Shown here one piece after another: positions 1 through 11,064 of a stretch of DNA of 64,000 nucleotides. Source of the stretch: Bacteroidales bacterium (GTDB lineage Bacteria; Bacteroidota; Bacteroidia; Bacteroidales; VadinHA17). Below the pieces are notes generated by a model, which saw nothing but the letters and a program-made list of their open reading frames with translations, was not told the DNA's origin and made no database searches. Numbering within the stretch: position 1 is the first letter of the stretch; the number at the start of each line of letters is the position of its first letter. Made by a program: the position numbers and the translations under genes. The DNA is taken from assembly GCA_034679225.1 (NCBI GenBank), contig JAXDBC010000134.1:974-64973 (forward strand), given 5' to 3'.

Positions 1-1466
1 AGCGGATAATTGCGACGGAGATACTCAAGGAAATAAGGGCCAGGCTTGGATTCCTTGTTGAGGTGGGGCTCGATTACCTTTCGCTTAACAGGGGAGCACG
101 GACTCTTTCGGGAGGAGAAAGCCAGCGCATAAGGCTTGCGACCCAGATAGGCTCAAGACTGGTGAATGTTCTGTATATCCTCGATGAACCCAGCATCGGA
201 CTTCATCAGAGAGATAACAGGAGGCTCATATCCTCCCTTAAGCGCCTGAGGGACGCGGGTAACTCGGTGATAGTGGTGGAACACGACAAGGAGATGATAC
301 AATCGTCGGATCATATCATCGATATGGGTCCTGGTGCCGGACGTCACGGCGGAGAGGTTGTGGCAGTGGGATCGCCGGAGCAGATCAGGGCTTTTGACAC
401 GCTTACGGCAACTTATCTCAACAACAGCAATAAATTAAAGATACCGCGTGAAAGGAGGAAGGGTAACGGCAAATTCCTTATTATGACAGGAGCCTCGGGG
501 CATAATCTGAAGAACGTGGATGCTGTTTTCCCCCTTGGAACCTTTATTTGCATCACCGGCGTATCGGGAAGCGGAAAATCATCGCTGGTGAATCAGACAC
601 TTCATCCGGCCCTGGCGAGGAGGTTTCACAACTCGGGCAAGACGCCGCTTCCATACAAGGATATTCTGGGGATGGAGTATCTCGACAAGGTAATAGAAGT
701 GAACCAGTCGCCAATTGGCAGGACGCCCAGATCCAACCCTGCAACTTACACGGGTGTCTTCACTGACATCAGGAAGTTGTTTGAGCAGACCACGGAGGCC
801 AGGATCAGGGGGTTCAGCGCCGGCAGGTTCTCTTTCAACGTGAAGGGAGGCCGCTGCGAGGGATGCGAGGGGGCAGGAGTCAAAACAATAGAGATGAATT
901 TTCTCCCCGATGTTTATGTGCATTGCACCGAATGCAACGGGAAGAGGTACAACCGCGAGACTCTTGAGGTGAAGTACAAGGACCGGTCGATAAGTGATGT
1001 CCTCGACATGACTGTCAACATGGCCGTGGAATTCTTTGCGAACGTCCCGTCGATATATCACAAGATCAAGACACTGCAGGATGTCGGACTTGGATATATA
1101 AGGCTGGGCCAGCCATCGACTACATTGTCGGGAGGTGAGGCGCAGAGGATCAAGCTGGCTGCCGAGTTGTCGCGAAAGGATACGGGCAGGACGCTTTACA
1201 TTCTTGACGAACCGACTACCGGTCTTCACTTTGAAGATATAAGGGTTCTCCTGGATGTTCTCGATAAACTGGTCGACAGGGGTAACACCGTGATAGTGAT
1301 CGAACATAACATGGATGTGATCAAGATGGCCGATTACATTATTGACCTTGGGAAGGAAGGAGGGAAGAATGGCGGATACCTCGTGTTTGCCGGTACACCC
1401 GAAGAGCTCCTGGACTGCCGTGACAGTCATACTGCCAAATTTCTTGAGCATGAGTTCAGGGATTAG
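1..1466 (+). CDS. uvrA: Excinuclease ABC subunit A, C-terminal part (5'-truncated by window edge)
   Basis: Frame is open from nt 3 ([23 protein letters not shown]). Contains [17 protein letters not shown], Walker [10 protein letters not shown], zinc finger CEGC..CTEC and a second signature [21 protein letters not shown]. Confidence 0.97.
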   Translation, partial: RIIATEILKEIRARLGFLVEVGLDYLSLNRGARTLSGGESQRIRLATQIGSRLVNVLYILDEPSIGLHQRDNRRLISSLKRLRDAGNSVIVVEHDKEMIQSSDHIIDMGPGAGRHGGEVVAVGSPEQIRAFDTLTATYLNNSNKLKIPRERRKGNGKFLIMTGASGHNLKNVDAVFPLGTFICITGVSGSGKSSLVNQTLHPALARRFHNSGKTPLPYKDILGMEYLDKVIEVNQSPIGRTPRSNPATYTGVFTDIRKLFEQTTEARIRGFSAGRFSFNVKGGRCEGCEGAGVKTIEMNFLPDVYVHCTECNGKRYNRETLEVKYKDRSISDVLDMTVNMAVEFFANVPSIYHKIKTLQDVGLGYIRLGQPSTTLSGGEAQRIKLAAELSRKDTGRTLYILDEPTTGLHFEDIRVLLDVLDKLVDRGNTVIVIEHNMDVIKMADYIIDLGKEGGKNGGYLVFAGTPEELLDCRDSHTAKFLEHEFRD

Positions 1467-1474
1467 ATTTTATA

Positions 1475-1482
1475 TATATTTG
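1475..1482 (+). promoter_or_regulatory. Bacteroidota sigma70-type -7 element (TATATTTG)
   Basis: Matches TAnnTTTG about 20 nt upstream of the ATG at 1503. Confidence 0.55.
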
Positions 1483-1502
1483 AATTCTACAAAAACAAGC
1501 TT

Positions 1503-2219
1503 ATGAAGGATGAAATGCAGCATGACCCGATCAGTGAAGCATTCGCGGAGAAGTCGTGGCATGAGATTCATGTGACCGATTCGTGGAGAGTGTTCAAGAT
1601 CATTGCAGAACTGGTTGAGGGTTTTGAGAAGCTGGCCAGGATAGGACCCTGTGTTTCAATATTCGGATCGGCCCGGACTCATTATAATGACAGGTACTAC
1701 AAGCTGGCGGAGGAAATAGCCTTCAAACTGGTTCAGAACGGCTATGGAGTGATAACCGGGGGCGGTCCCGGGATAATGGAGGCTGCAAACAAGGGAGCCA
1801 GGAAGGGTAACGGCAAATCGGTTGGGATAAACATTGATCTTCCGTTTGAACAGCGTGCAAATGCCTTTATAGATTCCGACAAGCTGATAACCTTCGATCA
1901 TTTTTTCGTGAGGAAAGTGATGTTCATGAAGTATGCCCAGGGATTCATTGTGCTTCCTGGCGGCTTCGGCACCTTCGATGAGCTGTTTGAAGCCCTTACC
2001 CTGATCCAGACAAAGAAGATCGGCAAATTTCCCATCATACTTGTAGGAGTTAAATACTGGACCGGACTTATTGAATGGATAAAACAGGTTATGCTGACAG
2101 AGGAGCGTAATATTTCGCCTGAGGACCTTGATATCTTTACACTTGTTGATACCGCCGATGAGGCTGTGGAGACTATTTCCAGGTTCTACTCAAGGTATCT
2201 GCTTAGCCCGAACTTCTGA
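1503..2219 (+). CDS. LOG-family (TIGR00730-like) Rossmann-fold nucleotide phosphoribohydrolase
   Basis: Motifs SIFGSAR, TGGGPGIMEAAN, FFVRKVMF and PGGFGTFDELFE. Confidence 0.9.
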   Translation: MKDEMQHDPISEAFAEKSWHEIHVTDSWRVFKIIAELVEGFEKLARIGPCVSIFGSARTHYNDRYYKLAEEIAFKLVQNGYGVITGGGPGIMEAANKGARKGNGKSVGINIDLPFEQRANAFIDSDKLITFDHFFVRKVMFMKYAQGFIVLPGGFGTFDELFEALTLIQTKKIGKFPIILVGVKYWTGLIEWIKQVMLTEERNISPEDLDIFTLVDTADEAVETISRFYSRYLLSPNF

Positions 2220-2678
2220 TCACTTTTTTCTTATCCTGTCGAGTTCCCTGTCGGCATCGCGCCGTTTCAGGGTTTCGCGCTTGTCATATTCCTTCTTGCC
2301 TTTCGCGAGGGCTATCTCCGCTTTGGCCAGGCCTCTTTCGTTTATGAAAACCTTTATTGCAATTATGGTTAGGCCTGTCTCCTTTACCTTTCTTTCCAGC
2401 TTTCTCAACTCCCTTTTGGTCAGAAGGAGCTTCCTTTCCCTCAGCGGATCGTGGTTATTGAGGTTTCCCCACCAGTATTCTGAGATATGCATGCCCTTCA
2501 GATACAGTTCCCCGTTTGTAAACTGGCAGAAGGCATCAGTAAGGACAGCTTTTCCGGCTCTTATCGACTTGATCTCTGTACCGGTAAGCTTTATGCCGGC
2601 AATGAATTTTTCAAGAAACACGTAATCGTGAGATGCCTTTTTGTTTTTTATTACAATATTTGAACCGGCCGATCTCAT
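2220..2678 (-). CDS. smpB: SsrA-binding protein
   Basis: Motifs [28 protein letters not shown] and [10 protein letters not shown]. Confidence 0.97.
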   Translation of the reverse strand: MRSAGSNIVIKNKKASHDYVFLEKFIAGIKLTGTEIKSIRAGKAVLTDAFCQFTNGELYLKGMHISEYWWGNLNNHDPLRERKLLLTKRELRKLERKVKETGLTIIAIKVFINERGLAKAEIALAKGKKEYDKRETLKRRDADRELDRIRKK

Positions 2679-2686
2679 ATTATGTT

Positions 2687-3268
2687 TCAGGCAAAGATTG
2701 AGAAATAGAATTTGTCGGTTATCTGGGCTATAATTTTACCGGTTAGAATGAACAGGAGAAAGAAAACAAGCGGAACGGCCAGCATTATTTTGATGCGGTC
2801 TGATTCCGAGGGCGAGATCATTCTTTCAATACCGGTGTACAGAATGTATAAACCGAAAAAAGCGAGGATGTTCACGAAAATGAATGACTCAAAAAGCTGG
2901 CTTAATATCTGGCAGAGAAGCAGTGGAACTACTGAGGCGGAGACAATCTTGAAAGCAGTGCCTGCATCATTCCCATACCCGAAGCTTCTCATTATCTCTC
3001 TCAGGGCCAATGCTGTTCCGTAAACGACTATTGTCATCACGATGAAGTATCTTATTCCGGCAATAAGAGAATAGATATTGGTCAGTTCCGTGTTGGTGAA
3101 GAGGAATGCTCCCAGGAAAGTTGAAACTGAAGCAAGTGTCACCAGGGGAAAGAACAGGCTTCTCGAAAACAAACTCGCGGGCCTGTTCTCCGTGTATATT
3201 GAATCCCATTCCTTTACGGTATTCAGGATAATGTTCCTGACCGTGTCAGCCAGAAATTTAAAATCCAT
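2687..3268 (-). CDS. Yip1-like multi-pass membrane protein
   Basis: About 5 hydrophobic segments with an N-terminal 'KEWDSI' and 'GLYILYTGI' pattern. Sits directly upstream of smpB, as in Bacteroidales. Confidence 0.65.
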   Translation of the reverse strand: MDFKFLADTVRNIILNTVKEWDSIYTENRPASLFSRSLFFPLVTLASVSTFLGAFLFTNTELTNIYSLIAGIRYFIVMTIVVYGTALALREIMRSFGYGNDAGTAFKIVSASVVPLLLCQILSQLFESFIFVNILAFFGLYILYTGIERMISPSESDRIKIMLAVPLVFFLLFILTGKIIAQITDKFYFSIFA

Positions 3269-3289
3269 CTGTAATCGAATTTAGAGAGC

Positions 3290-3297
3290 CAAAATTA
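3290..3297 (-). promoter_or_regulatory. -7 element (TAATTTTG on minus strand) for the Yip1-smpB unit
   Basis: CAAAATTA on the plus strand, about 20 nt from the start at 3268. Confidence 0.5.
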
Positions 3298-3337
3298 AAT
3301 AAATTTATGGTAATTTGCTTCATATTTAGAATTCTCC

Positions 3338-4276
3338 ATGAATGAACCGGCTAAGAGCGCCGCTCGGTACGACATGCTTGTTGTTACGGGGCCTACTGCA
3401 TCGGGCAAGACAAGCCTGGCTGCAAGGCTTGCCCACAGGCTTGGCGGCGATGTGATCAGCGCCGACTCCAGGCAGGTTTACAGGCAGATGGATATCGGCA
3501 CGGGGAAGGATCTCGATGATTACATTGTTGACGGGATAAAGGTTCCCTGCCACCTGATCGACATCAGGGATCCGGGTTACCGCTACAATGTGTTCGAGTA
3601 TCAGCGCGATTTTGTAAAGATTATGACCGCCTTAAGGGAAAAGAACAGATTCCCTGTTGTCTGCGGAGGCTCAGGAATGTATATCGACTCGGTGGTGTCG
3701 GCTTACAGGCTTCCGGAGGTGCCTCCCGACCCTGATCTGAGAAAGAGTCTTGAGGATAAAACGATGGAGGAACTGACAGCCATCCTTTCTACTTACAGGA
3801 AACTCCACAATATTACCGACATTGACAGCAGAAAGAGGGCAATCAGGGCCATTGAGATTGAAAGATACCTTGTCCTGCACGCTGAGTCAATTGCCTCATT
3901 CCCTGTTTCAAATCCCCTGGTGATCGGTGTGCATTACAGTCGTGAGATGCGCAGGGAAAGGATCAGCGCCAGACTTAAGGCAAGGCTCGCCGGGGGGATG
4001 ATACAGGAAGTGGAGAAGCTTCTGGATCGGGGAGTTGATCCGGACACCCTCATTTATTACGGTCTTGAATATAAATACATTACTCTCTACCTGACCGGCA
4101 GGATGGAATATGAAGTCATGAGCAGGTCGCTGGAAACAGCCATACACCAGTTTGCAAAAAGGCAGATGACCTGGTTCCGCGGCATGGAACGGAAAGGTGT
4201 TGTAATTAACTGGATCGACGGCGAACTGCCGCCCGATGCCAAAGTGGATCTTGTAATGAAACTTCTCGGCTCTTAA
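3338..4276 (+). CDS. miaA: tRNA dimethylallyltransferase
   Basis: Motifs GPTASGKT, SADSRQVYRQMDIGTGK, GGSGMY and FAKRQMTWFR. Confidence 0.95.
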   Translation: MNEPAKSAARYDMLVVTGPTASGKTSLAARLAHRLGGDVISADSRQVYRQMDIGTGKDLDDYIVDGIKVPCHLIDIRDPGYRYNVFEYQRDFVKIMTALREKNRFPVVCGGSGMYIDSVVSAYRLPEVPPDPDLRKSLEDKTMEELTAILSTYRKLHNITDIDSRKRAIRAIEIERYLVLHAESIASFPVSNPLVIGVHYSREMRRERISARLKARLAGGMIQEVEKLLDRGVDPDTLIYYGLEYKYITLYLTGRMEYEVMSRSLETAIHQFAKRQMTWFRGMERKGVVINWIDGELPPDAKVDLVMKLLGS

Positions 4277-4310
4277 CCCTGTGAAAGGCCTTCGCTGAAG
4301 CCGGACCTGT

Positions 4311-6377
4311 TTACTTCAGGTATGTATCAAGCCACTCGAAGAACTCCCTTTGCCATATTACCGAGTTGTGCGGTCTGGCAACGAAGTGGGTTTCATCATC
4401 GAAGAACAGCAGCCGGCTCGGGATGCCAAGTAGCTGTGCGGCCTGGAAAGCCTCCAGGCTCTGGGTGTAGGGGATCCTGAAGTCGTTGGCGCCCACTATT
4501 ATCAAAATGGGTGTATCCCATTCCTCGACCCTGAGGTGCGGGGAGAAGCGGTAGCTGTTGGGATTGTTCCAGTATGGTCCTTCGATGTCCTTGTTTGGGA
4601 ACCACAGTTCCTCGGTGGAACCATACCAGCTTGTGAAGTTGAACATCCCGCAGTGGGAAATGAATGCCTTGAATCGTCCGCCGTGGATGCCTGCAAGATA
4701 GTAAACCGAGAATCCTCCGTAGCTGGCTCCCACAGCTCCCATCCTTTCGCGATCCACGTATGGTTCCGCGGCCATGGCGTCAGCGGCATCGAGATAATCC
4801 TGCATGTTGGCCCCGCCGTAGTCGCCTGAGATCTGTTCCTTCCAGGCCTGTCCGAAGCCGGCTACTCCCCGCCTGTTGGGGGCATAGACTATATATCCCT
4901 TTGCAGCCATCATCTGGAGGTTCCATCTGTACGACCAGAACTGGTCGAGCGTCGACTGAGGTCCGCCGTTGCAGAACAGGAGAGAAGGGTATTTCTCTGA
5001 AGGATTGAACGCGGGAGGATACACTACCCACATCTGCAGGTCCTTGTTATCCTTTGTTTTTATGTATTTTTCCTCAACCTTGCCCATGTTCACCGATTCG
5101 TAGATATGCCTGTTGATGGAAGTGATCTGGCTGATCTTCCCTGATGACATGTCAACTGTTGCTATTTCGGGAGCCATCGACATTGAGGCTATTCCGGCAA
5201 CCATCACTTCCCCGCTGAGGCAGATCGGACCCAGGTTATGTACCCCTTCGGTGACCTTTTCAATGATCCCGGTATTCACGTCCGTCCTGAAAATCTGGGC
5301 GGTACCGAGATGAGAGCAGGTGAACCAGAGCTTTTGTTCGCCTTCCCAGGTCAGGTTTTCAACATCGAACTGCCATCCCTTTGATATCCAGTTGCGGGTC
5401 CGGCTGTTGATATCATAAACGAAAAGGCGGTCGAGATCAGCTTCATAGCCGTTCCTTTCCATGCTTTGAAAGGCGATCTTTGATCCGTCGGGCGAGAATA
5501 CCGGATACCTGTCATATCCAGGGTTGCCTTCAGTGATGTTGGTTTCTTTTCCTGATGCCAGTTCATGAAGGTAGATGTCGGAGTTTGTGCTTCTGGCGTC
5601 CTCAATTCCTATGAGCCTCTTGGATGTGTAGGCGATGTACTTTCCGTCGGGGCTCCATGCTATCTCGCTTTCATCGTAATAAGGCGCCAGGGGCGACTCA
5701 AACCTCTGGTCCTTCATGATGTCCTTTTCGCCTGAAACGGTTTTTCCGTTGAATGAAGCGACGAAGATATGGCTGTAGGAATAATCGCTCCAGGCGTCCC
5801 AATGCCTGTACATAAGGTCATTGATAATCCTGACCTTAGCATTGGGCAGCTTATGCTTCTCGATAGCCGTCTGGTCGAGTTTTACTCTTTTTGTGAATAG
5901 TATCTTTTTCCCGTCGGGGGAGATACTGAACATTTCGAATCCGGAAATGCCATCCACCTTTGTTTGTTCAGTCCCGTCGGGATTCATTGTCATGAGATCG
6001 GAACCGCTTATGAATGCTATTTTCTTTCCATTGTCAAACCATTGTGGTGAGTATCCTCCTCCTGTTGAGAGCCTGACCGCTTCTCCTCCCGCCGCGGGGA
6101 TAGCATATATATCGGTTTGCCTTCTTTCGGTGGGCAGGTCGGTAAGGGTCACGGTATAAAGCACGGTTGAACCGTCGGGCGACAGCACGATTGATCCCAG
6201 CCGGCCGAATTTATGCATTATCTCGGGAGTCATCAGGCCTCCTGCCTTTTCTTCGGCAGTAAGGCTGGTGTTTATTTCCTCCGGAGCCTCAGCGGAGCTT
6301 TGTACAGATGAGTTTCGTTTACAGGAAAAATGGATCAGGACGATCGCGATCATCAACAGGTAAGAGGTCCTCTTCAT
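4311..6377 (-). CDS. S9 family peptidase (prolyl oligopeptidase/acylaminoacyl peptidase type), predicted lipoprotein
   Basis: Lipobox-like FSC, SPDG beta-propeller repeats, nucleophile GASYGG, DFRI and ETH triad. Confidence 0.9.
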   Translation of the reverse strand: MKRTSYLLMIAIVLIHFSCKRNSSVQSSAEAPEEINTSLTAEEKAGGLMTPEIMHKFGRLGSIVLSPDGSTVLYTVTLTDLPTERRQTDIYAIPAAGGEAVRLSTGGGYSPQWFDNGKKIAFISGSDLMTMNPDGTEQTKVDGISGFEMFSISPDGKKILFTKRVKLDQTAIEKHKLPNAKVRIINDLMYRHWDAWSDYSYSHIFVASFNGKTVSGEKDIMKDQRFESPLAPYYDESEIAWSPDGKYIAYTSKRLIGIEDARSTNSDIYLHELASGKETNITEGNPGYDRYPVFSPDGSKIAFQSMERNGYEADLDRLFVYDINSRTRNWISKGWQFDVENLTWEGEQKLWFTCSHLGTAQIFRTDVNTGIIEKVTEGVHNLGPICLSGEVMVAGIASMSMAPEIATVDMSSGKISQITSINRHIYESVNMGKVEEKYIKTKDNKDLQMWVVYPPAFNPSEKYPSLLFCNGGPQSTLDQFWSYRWNLQMMAAKGYIVYAPNRRGVAGFGQAWKEQISGDYGGANMQDYLDAADAMAAEPYVDRERMGAVGASYGGFSVYYLAGIHGGRFKAFISHCGMFNFTSWYGSTEELWFPNKDIEGPYWNNPNSYRFSPHLRVEEWDTPILIIVGANDFRIPYTQSLEAFQAAQLLGIPSRLLFFDDETHFVARPHNSVIWQREFFEWLDTYLK

Positions 6378-6387
6378 GGTGGATAGT

Positions 6388-7404
6388 CTATTTATTATTT
6401 TTTATTAGAGCTTCGGTTATTTTTTGTTTCAGTTCGTCATATAATTCAGGGTTGTCTTTTATGATCTGTTTTACGGCATCCCTTCCCTGGCCCAGTTTAG
6501 TATCGCCGTAGCTGAACCACGAGCCGCTTTTTTTGATTACATCAAAATCAACCCCGAGGTCGACTATTTCGCCCAGTTGAGAGATACCTTCCCCGTAGAG
6601 GATGTCGAAATCGGCTTTCCTGAATGGCGGGGCGAGTTTATTCTTTACGATTTTCACTCTTGTCCTGTTGCCTATTATATCTTCTCCATCCTTAATCTGG
6701 TTGGTACGGCGAATATCGACCCTGACGGAGGAGTAAAACTTCAGTGCATTACCTCCTGTTGTCGTTTCGGGATTTCCAAATACCACCCCGATCTTTTCCC
6801 TGAGCTGGTTAATGAAAACGCACGAAGTGTTTGTCTTGCTGATATTGGCTGTGAGTTTTCTGAGGGCCTGCGACATCAGTCTGGCCTGGAGTCCCATCTT
6901 GGAATCGCCCATTTCGCCTTCGATTTCTGCTTTGGGCGTGAGGGCAGCTACAGAGTCGATAACTATAATGTCGAGGGCGCCGGAACGGATCAGGTTATCA
7001 GTTATTTCGAGAGCCTGTTCCCCGCTGTCGGGTTGGGATATAAGCAGATTTTCGATGTCTACGCCAAGCTTTTCAGCATAGTTTCTGTCAAAAGTATGTT
7101 CTGCATCAATTATGGCGGCAATACCGCCGTTTTTCTGTGCTTCAGCTATGGCATGGATTGCCAGTGTGGTTTTTCCGGAGGCTTCGGGTCCGTATATCTC
7201 TATAACCCTGCCTCTTGGGTAACCTCCTATACCCAGTGCAAAATCGAGTCCTATTGATCCTGATGATATTACCTGGATATTTTCAATGGCATGGTCACCC
7301 AGTTTCATTATGGTTCCCTTGCCAAAATCCTTTTCGATTTTCCCGATTGTTACTTCAAGTGCTTTCAGCTTTTCCTTGCTGATCTCTTTTTTTTCCTTGC
7401 TCAT
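6388..7404 (-). CDS. recA: Recombinase A
   Basis: Motifs [29 protein letters not shown] and [12 protein letters not shown]. Confidence 0.99.
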   Translation of the reverse strand: MSKEKKEISKEKLKALEVTIGKIEKDFGKGTIMKLGDHAIENIQVISSGSIGLDFALGIGGYPRGRVIEIYGPEASGKTTLAIHAIAEAQKNGGIAAIIDAEHTFDRNYAEKLGVDIENLLISQPDSGEQALEITDNLIRSGALDIIVIDSVAALTPKAEIEGEMGDSKMGLQARLMSQALRKLTANISKTNTSCVFINQLREKIGVVFGNPETTTGGNALKFYSSVRVDIRRTNQIKDGEDIIGNRTRVKIVKNKLAPPFRKADFDILYGEGISQLGEIVDLGVDFDVIKKSGSWFSYGDTKLGQGRDAVKQIIKDNPELYDELKQKITEALIKNNK

Positions 7405-7415
7405 AATGCTATTTA

Positions 7416-7889
7416 TTACTGGTATAATTTGAATATCTGTTCCGAGTGGTTTTTTGTATCTACCTTACCGATTATTGATTCTATCTGACCGTTCTCATCA
7501 ATTATGAAAGTTGTCCTGACAATTCCGGGAAAGCTTTTTCCGTACATTTTCTTTTCCCGGAATACACCGTAATCAGTCACTATCTTCTTCGAAGTATCGG
7601 CTATAAGCGGGAAGGGGAGAGAGTGTTTTTCAGCAAAGTTCCTGTGCGATTTTTCACTGTCGGCGCTTACTCCTGCAACTGCAAAACCCCTGTTCAGAAA
7701 ATCATCATAGTTGTCGCGCAGGTTGCAGGCCTCTGCCGTGCATCCCGGTGTATTGTCTTTGGGATAAAAATAGAGAACCAATTTTTTGCCTTTGAAATCG
7801 CTGAGCTTAACTATACGGCCTTCCTGATCAATGCCTTCGAATGGCGGGGCAGCCATGCCTTCCTTTATTGTTACCATAAGTGTGTACAT
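7416..7889 (-). CDS. bcp: Thioredoxin-dependent peroxiredoxin BCP
   Basis: Motifs [16 protein letters not shown] and [10 protein letters not shown]. True start is probably 7889 or 7877 rather than 7937. Confidence 0.92.
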   Translation of the reverse strand: MYTLMVTIKEGMAAPPFEGIDQEGRIVKLSDFKGKKLVLYFYPKDNTPGCTAEACNLRDNYDDFLNRGFAVAGVSADSEKSHRNFAEKHSLPFPLIADTSKKIVTDYGVFREKKMYGKSFPGIVRTTFIIDENGQIESIIGKVDTKNHSEQIFKLYQ

Positions 7890-8014
7890 TTTGTATTTAG
7901 GGTTAAATTTACGAAGTTTGAGCTGTTTTCTGAACATAAGGCAGAAATTGTTATTAACATGAGATTTTCAGAAAAAGGCTTTGTAATTTGTGCGATGATT
8001 TGAGCGCTTAACTT

Positions 8015-9556
8015 TTGAAACTTTACTTGCAATACAGTTGTTTAGTGGTTAAAAGATTTAAATACAGCCGGTTGACATGGGTAGTTTTGCTCGCGCTTGC
8101 TGCTGTTCAGGGAATATTGTATTCGCAGGGACTGTCGGTCAGGCCATCAAGGGAGACGGCAATGGATGCTTTCGGCAGGGGAGAGTACAACAGGGCCCTT
8201 GACGAATTTGAGTTATTACTGGAAATATATTCCTTTCCTCTTTACAAATACTATTCAGCTGTCTGTCTGGTCAACATGAACAGCGATCCTGAAAAGGCGA
8301 TTGAATATCTGGACGAAGCACTAAGCTATTCCGGCGGAACGGAAATTATTCCTGATGATGCCTGGTTTTATCTCGGCAGGGCCCGTCAGCTTGCAGGCAG
8401 CTTTCCCGAAGCAACAATAGCCTATGAGACATTCAGGGAAAAGGCCGGCAGGAAAAAAGCAAGGGGGATGAATGTCGCGGGGTATTTAAAGGAATGCGGG
8501 GAACTCACCGGAAGTCTTGGACCTGATAAAACAAGTGGCAGGTATGCTGTTGCGGGATCGTCTGATAATGTTGCTGAGAAGCAGTTTCCTGTAAAGGGGG
8601 AAGTACCTGCCGCGTATGACAGCTTACTGTCGGAAGCCATGATGTTCCAGGTGATGGCTGATTCGCTGTATGCCATCGCGACCGGCTACAGGAAGCAGTA
8701 TGACAGGCTTTCTCCCGTGCAGCAGAAGGAAGCTGCTGCCAGTGAAGCGGAAGCTGAGACGCTTGCAGGTGATTATCAGAGAATGGCTGATGAAAAACTT
8801 GGTCTGGCCGGGATACATAGCGCCACTCCTGTTCGTCAGGAGATTGTTCAGGAAAAGCCGCGGCAGGCCCCTGTCGTTGTCTCGGTTTTCAGGGTTGAAA
8901 GCGATCCTGCCAGCTATGGCAGGCAGAGTATTTCCTATGATCCAAAAACACCTGCCGGACTTGTTTACAGGATACAGGTGGGGGTTTTCAGCAAGCCCGT
9001 CGATCCGTCTTTCTTCAAGGGGATCACCCCCGCATACGGTTTCACTGTGCCGGGAAAATCATCCATCAGATATTTTGCAGGAATGTTCCGTATGAGGAAG
9101 GATGCCGAAAAGTCGCTGGCAGTCATGAAGCAGATGGGATTCAGGGATGCTTTTCTGACGGCAGTTCTTGACGACAAGCCGGTTTCGCTCGAAAGAGCGC
9201 TTCTGATGGAAGGGGAGTGGAGCAGCAAGTCGCTTCAGGAAACTGAGCAGCAGGCCGCGAAACCTTCTGAACCTGCAACCCTTTCCTTCAGGGTTGAAGT
9301 TACAAGATCGGCCAGGCCGCTGAATGAGGAGACAACAGGGTTGTTCAGGATCATGGCAGGAAACAGGGGTTTTGATATTATTCAGGCCGACGATGGAAGC
9401 CTGGTATACCTGATAGGAAAATTTATCACTTTTGAAAGCGCTTCCGAATATTCTGACCTGCTCAGGCGGAACGGTTACAGTGAAGCAAAAGTGGTTGCAT
9501 ATGTCGGGAGCAGGGAGATACCATTGGAAACGGCAAAAGAACTATTTGAGGAGTAG
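8015..9556 (+). CDS. Exported TPR protein with C-terminal SPOR-like domains
   Basis: Signal-like N-terminus, TPR helices (AWFYLGRARQLAG) and two beta-alpha repeats (YRIQVGVF..GFRDAF; FRVEV..GYSEAKVV). Start codon uncertain. Confidence 0.6.
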   Translation: MKLYLQYSCLVVKRFKYSRLTWVVLLALAAVQGILYSQGLSVRPSRETAMDAFGRGEYNRALDEFELLLEIYSFPLYKYYSAVCLVNMNSDPEKAIEYLDEALSYSGGTEIIPDDAWFYLGRARQLAGSFPEATIAYETFREKAGRKKARGMNVAGYLKECGELTGSLGPDKTSGRYAVAGSSDNVAEKQFPVKGEVPAAYDSLLSEAMMFQVMADSLYAIATGYRKQYDRLSPVQQKEAAASEAEAETLAGDYQRMADEKLGLAGIHSATPVRQEIVQEKPRQAPVVVSVFRVESDPASYGRQSISYDPKTPAGLVYRIQVGVFSKPVDPSFFKGITPAYGFTVPGKSSIRYFAGMFRMRKDAEKSLAVMKQMGFRDAFLTAVLDDKPVSLERALLMEGEWSSKSLQETEQQAAKPSEPATLSFRVEVTRSARPLNEETTGLFRIMAGNRGFDIIQADDGSLVYLIGKFITFESASEYSDLLRRNGYSEAKVVAYVGSREIPLETAKELFEE

Positions 9557-9616
9557 CGATGAAGGAGAAAATACTACGCAGGAGCGACAGGCGGGGGAGC
9601 AGGAATTTCCCCGAAA

Positions 9617-10891
9617 CTACTTTATGTAGTACACAATCATTTTCCTGAGAGCTTCCCTGCATACTGTACAAAACCCGCGGGGGCCGTTGCTTTTCATGCG
9701 GCAGTCTGTTTCAGCCCTGTAAATCCCTTTGGCGGAATAGCCGGCTCCCTCAAACAATCCGATCGTATTATTGAATCTTTCCTCTGCCGGTGTAGGTAGT
9801 GGTGTATCTTTGGAGATAAGGTTTTTCCATTTTGATTCAAAGCTGACCAGGGTTGTGATATTCGGTTCCCATGGTTCGACATTTAGCGGATAGAATTCAT
9901 CATAAGCAACATCCGATGTATAATATTCATCGCCCAGTCCGGCAAAGCCATGTCCGAACTCATGCATGAAAACCATAGGCGAAAGCTTGTGTCCGGCTGT
10001 CAGGCCGCTGTAATAGTTGTAAACCCCTCCTCCTCCGTACCTGTTGCTGTTGACAAGGACTATTATGTTGTCGTGTGGTACAAGGGAAGCAAAATCGTTT
10101 ACCGCCTTGATGTCGGTGGTGGTCAGGTACCTGTCGGTTCCGAAGGTATAGAAAGTGGAGTTCAGGGCAGTGTTCACATAAATCCTTTCACCAGGAACGT
10201 CGGTTCCCGAATCCTGCGAAACAGCTTCTACCGCCCAGATGTTTATTTTGTCGGGGTATTCGCTGAAAGGGGGCTCTGCCAAAAGTACATCTGTCAGTTT
10301 CTTCACGTCGTCCCTGAATTTTTCCATTTCATCTGCCCTGTATCCCTCGGCTATGAAAGCGAGGTCGACGGAGACTGCAGGATCGTCTTTTCCGTATATT
10401 CTTGAGAAGTTTGTAGCCAAAGGCTTTTCCTTTCTGATGTAGAAATCGTTCGGATTAATGGCGGTTTCATAAATCCGGAAGAAGCTTCCGTTCTTTTTCC
10501 TGATGCTGAGAACGAACCGGATTTTGTCTTTCGGGAAGGGCATTGTGGCAACCTCGTAGAAACTCCTGTTGGTGTTGCGGGCTTCTTCAGTTGTCTGCCA
10601 TTCCTGGAAGAGGGTGCAGAATCCCCTTGAATAAATGAGAACACTTCCCGTCGAGTCGAAAACTTCATACTTGAAATTACCGTAACCGAAGGGATCAACA
10701 AGATTCTGTCTCGATCCTGCAAAATACTGTTCCTCTTTCATCCCAACAGGATATACAAGCGTTTCACTGCTGTTGCCGGCAAGCATGAAGTCGAATCTCA
10801 AAACCTTGTCGGTGAAGTACTTTTCATAAACAATCTGCCCCTGGAGCGGCATGAAGCTTAAGAGCAGCAACAATCCCGGATATATCTTCAT
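9617..10891 (-). CDS. M64 family (IgA peptidase-like) metallopeptidase
   Basis: Motifs HEFGHGFAGLGDEY, YGGGG and CRMK..FCTVC, plus a signal peptide. Confidence 0.88.
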   Translation of the reverse strand: MKIYPGLLLLLSFMPLQGQIVYEKYFTDKVLRFDFMLAGNSSETLVYPVGMKEEQYFAGSRQNLVDPFGYGNFKYEVFDSTGSVLIYSRGFCTLFQEWQTTEEARNTNRSFYEVATMPFPKDKIRFVLSIRKKNGSFFRIYETAINPNDFYIRKEKPLATNFSRIYGKDDPAVSVDLAFIAEGYRADEMEKFRDDVKKLTDVLLAEPPFSEYPDKINIWAVEAVSQDSGTDVPGERIYVNTALNSTFYTFGTDRYLTTTDIKAVNDFASLVPHDNIIVLVNSNRYGGGGVYNYYSGLTAGHKLSPMVFMHEFGHGFAGLGDEYYTSDVAYDEFYPLNVEPWEPNITTLVSFESKWKNLISKDTPLPTPAEERFNNTIGLFEGAGYSAKGIYRAETDCRMKSNGPRGFCTVCREALRKMIVYYIK

Positions 10892-10957
10892 AACACTGAT
10901 TTTTTATTTGTGATATAAAGCTATTAATATTCGGTAAGACCGGCCCGGAATTTTGTA

Positions 10958-10965
10958 TAATTTTG
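10958..10965 (+). promoter_or_regulatory. -7 element (TAATTTTG) upstream of the transaldolase-family gene
   Basis: TAnnTTTG match lying at the centre of an imperfect inverted repeat. Confidence 0.45.
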
Positions 10966-11064
10966 CAGAGTTCCGGAAAAGATCCCGGTCAGCGTGATTG
11001 TTAATATCTGATAATTCATTGTGGGCGACCGGGGATAAAAGTAAAACTTGAAAAAAACTGTAAT

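Noticed and set aside
579-1451. 290-aa antisense ORF inside uvrA (likewise 6577-7257, 11158-11817, 21821-22528, 26958-27845 and others)
   Set aside because: These are shadow ORFs opposite well-supported genes, expected from codon bias, and carry no motifs.
2217-2222. Abutting convergent stop codons (TGATCA) of the LOG gene and smpB; similar tail overlaps at 12272-12282 and 56162-56177
   Set aside because: This is ordinary gene compaction with no evidence of a special function.
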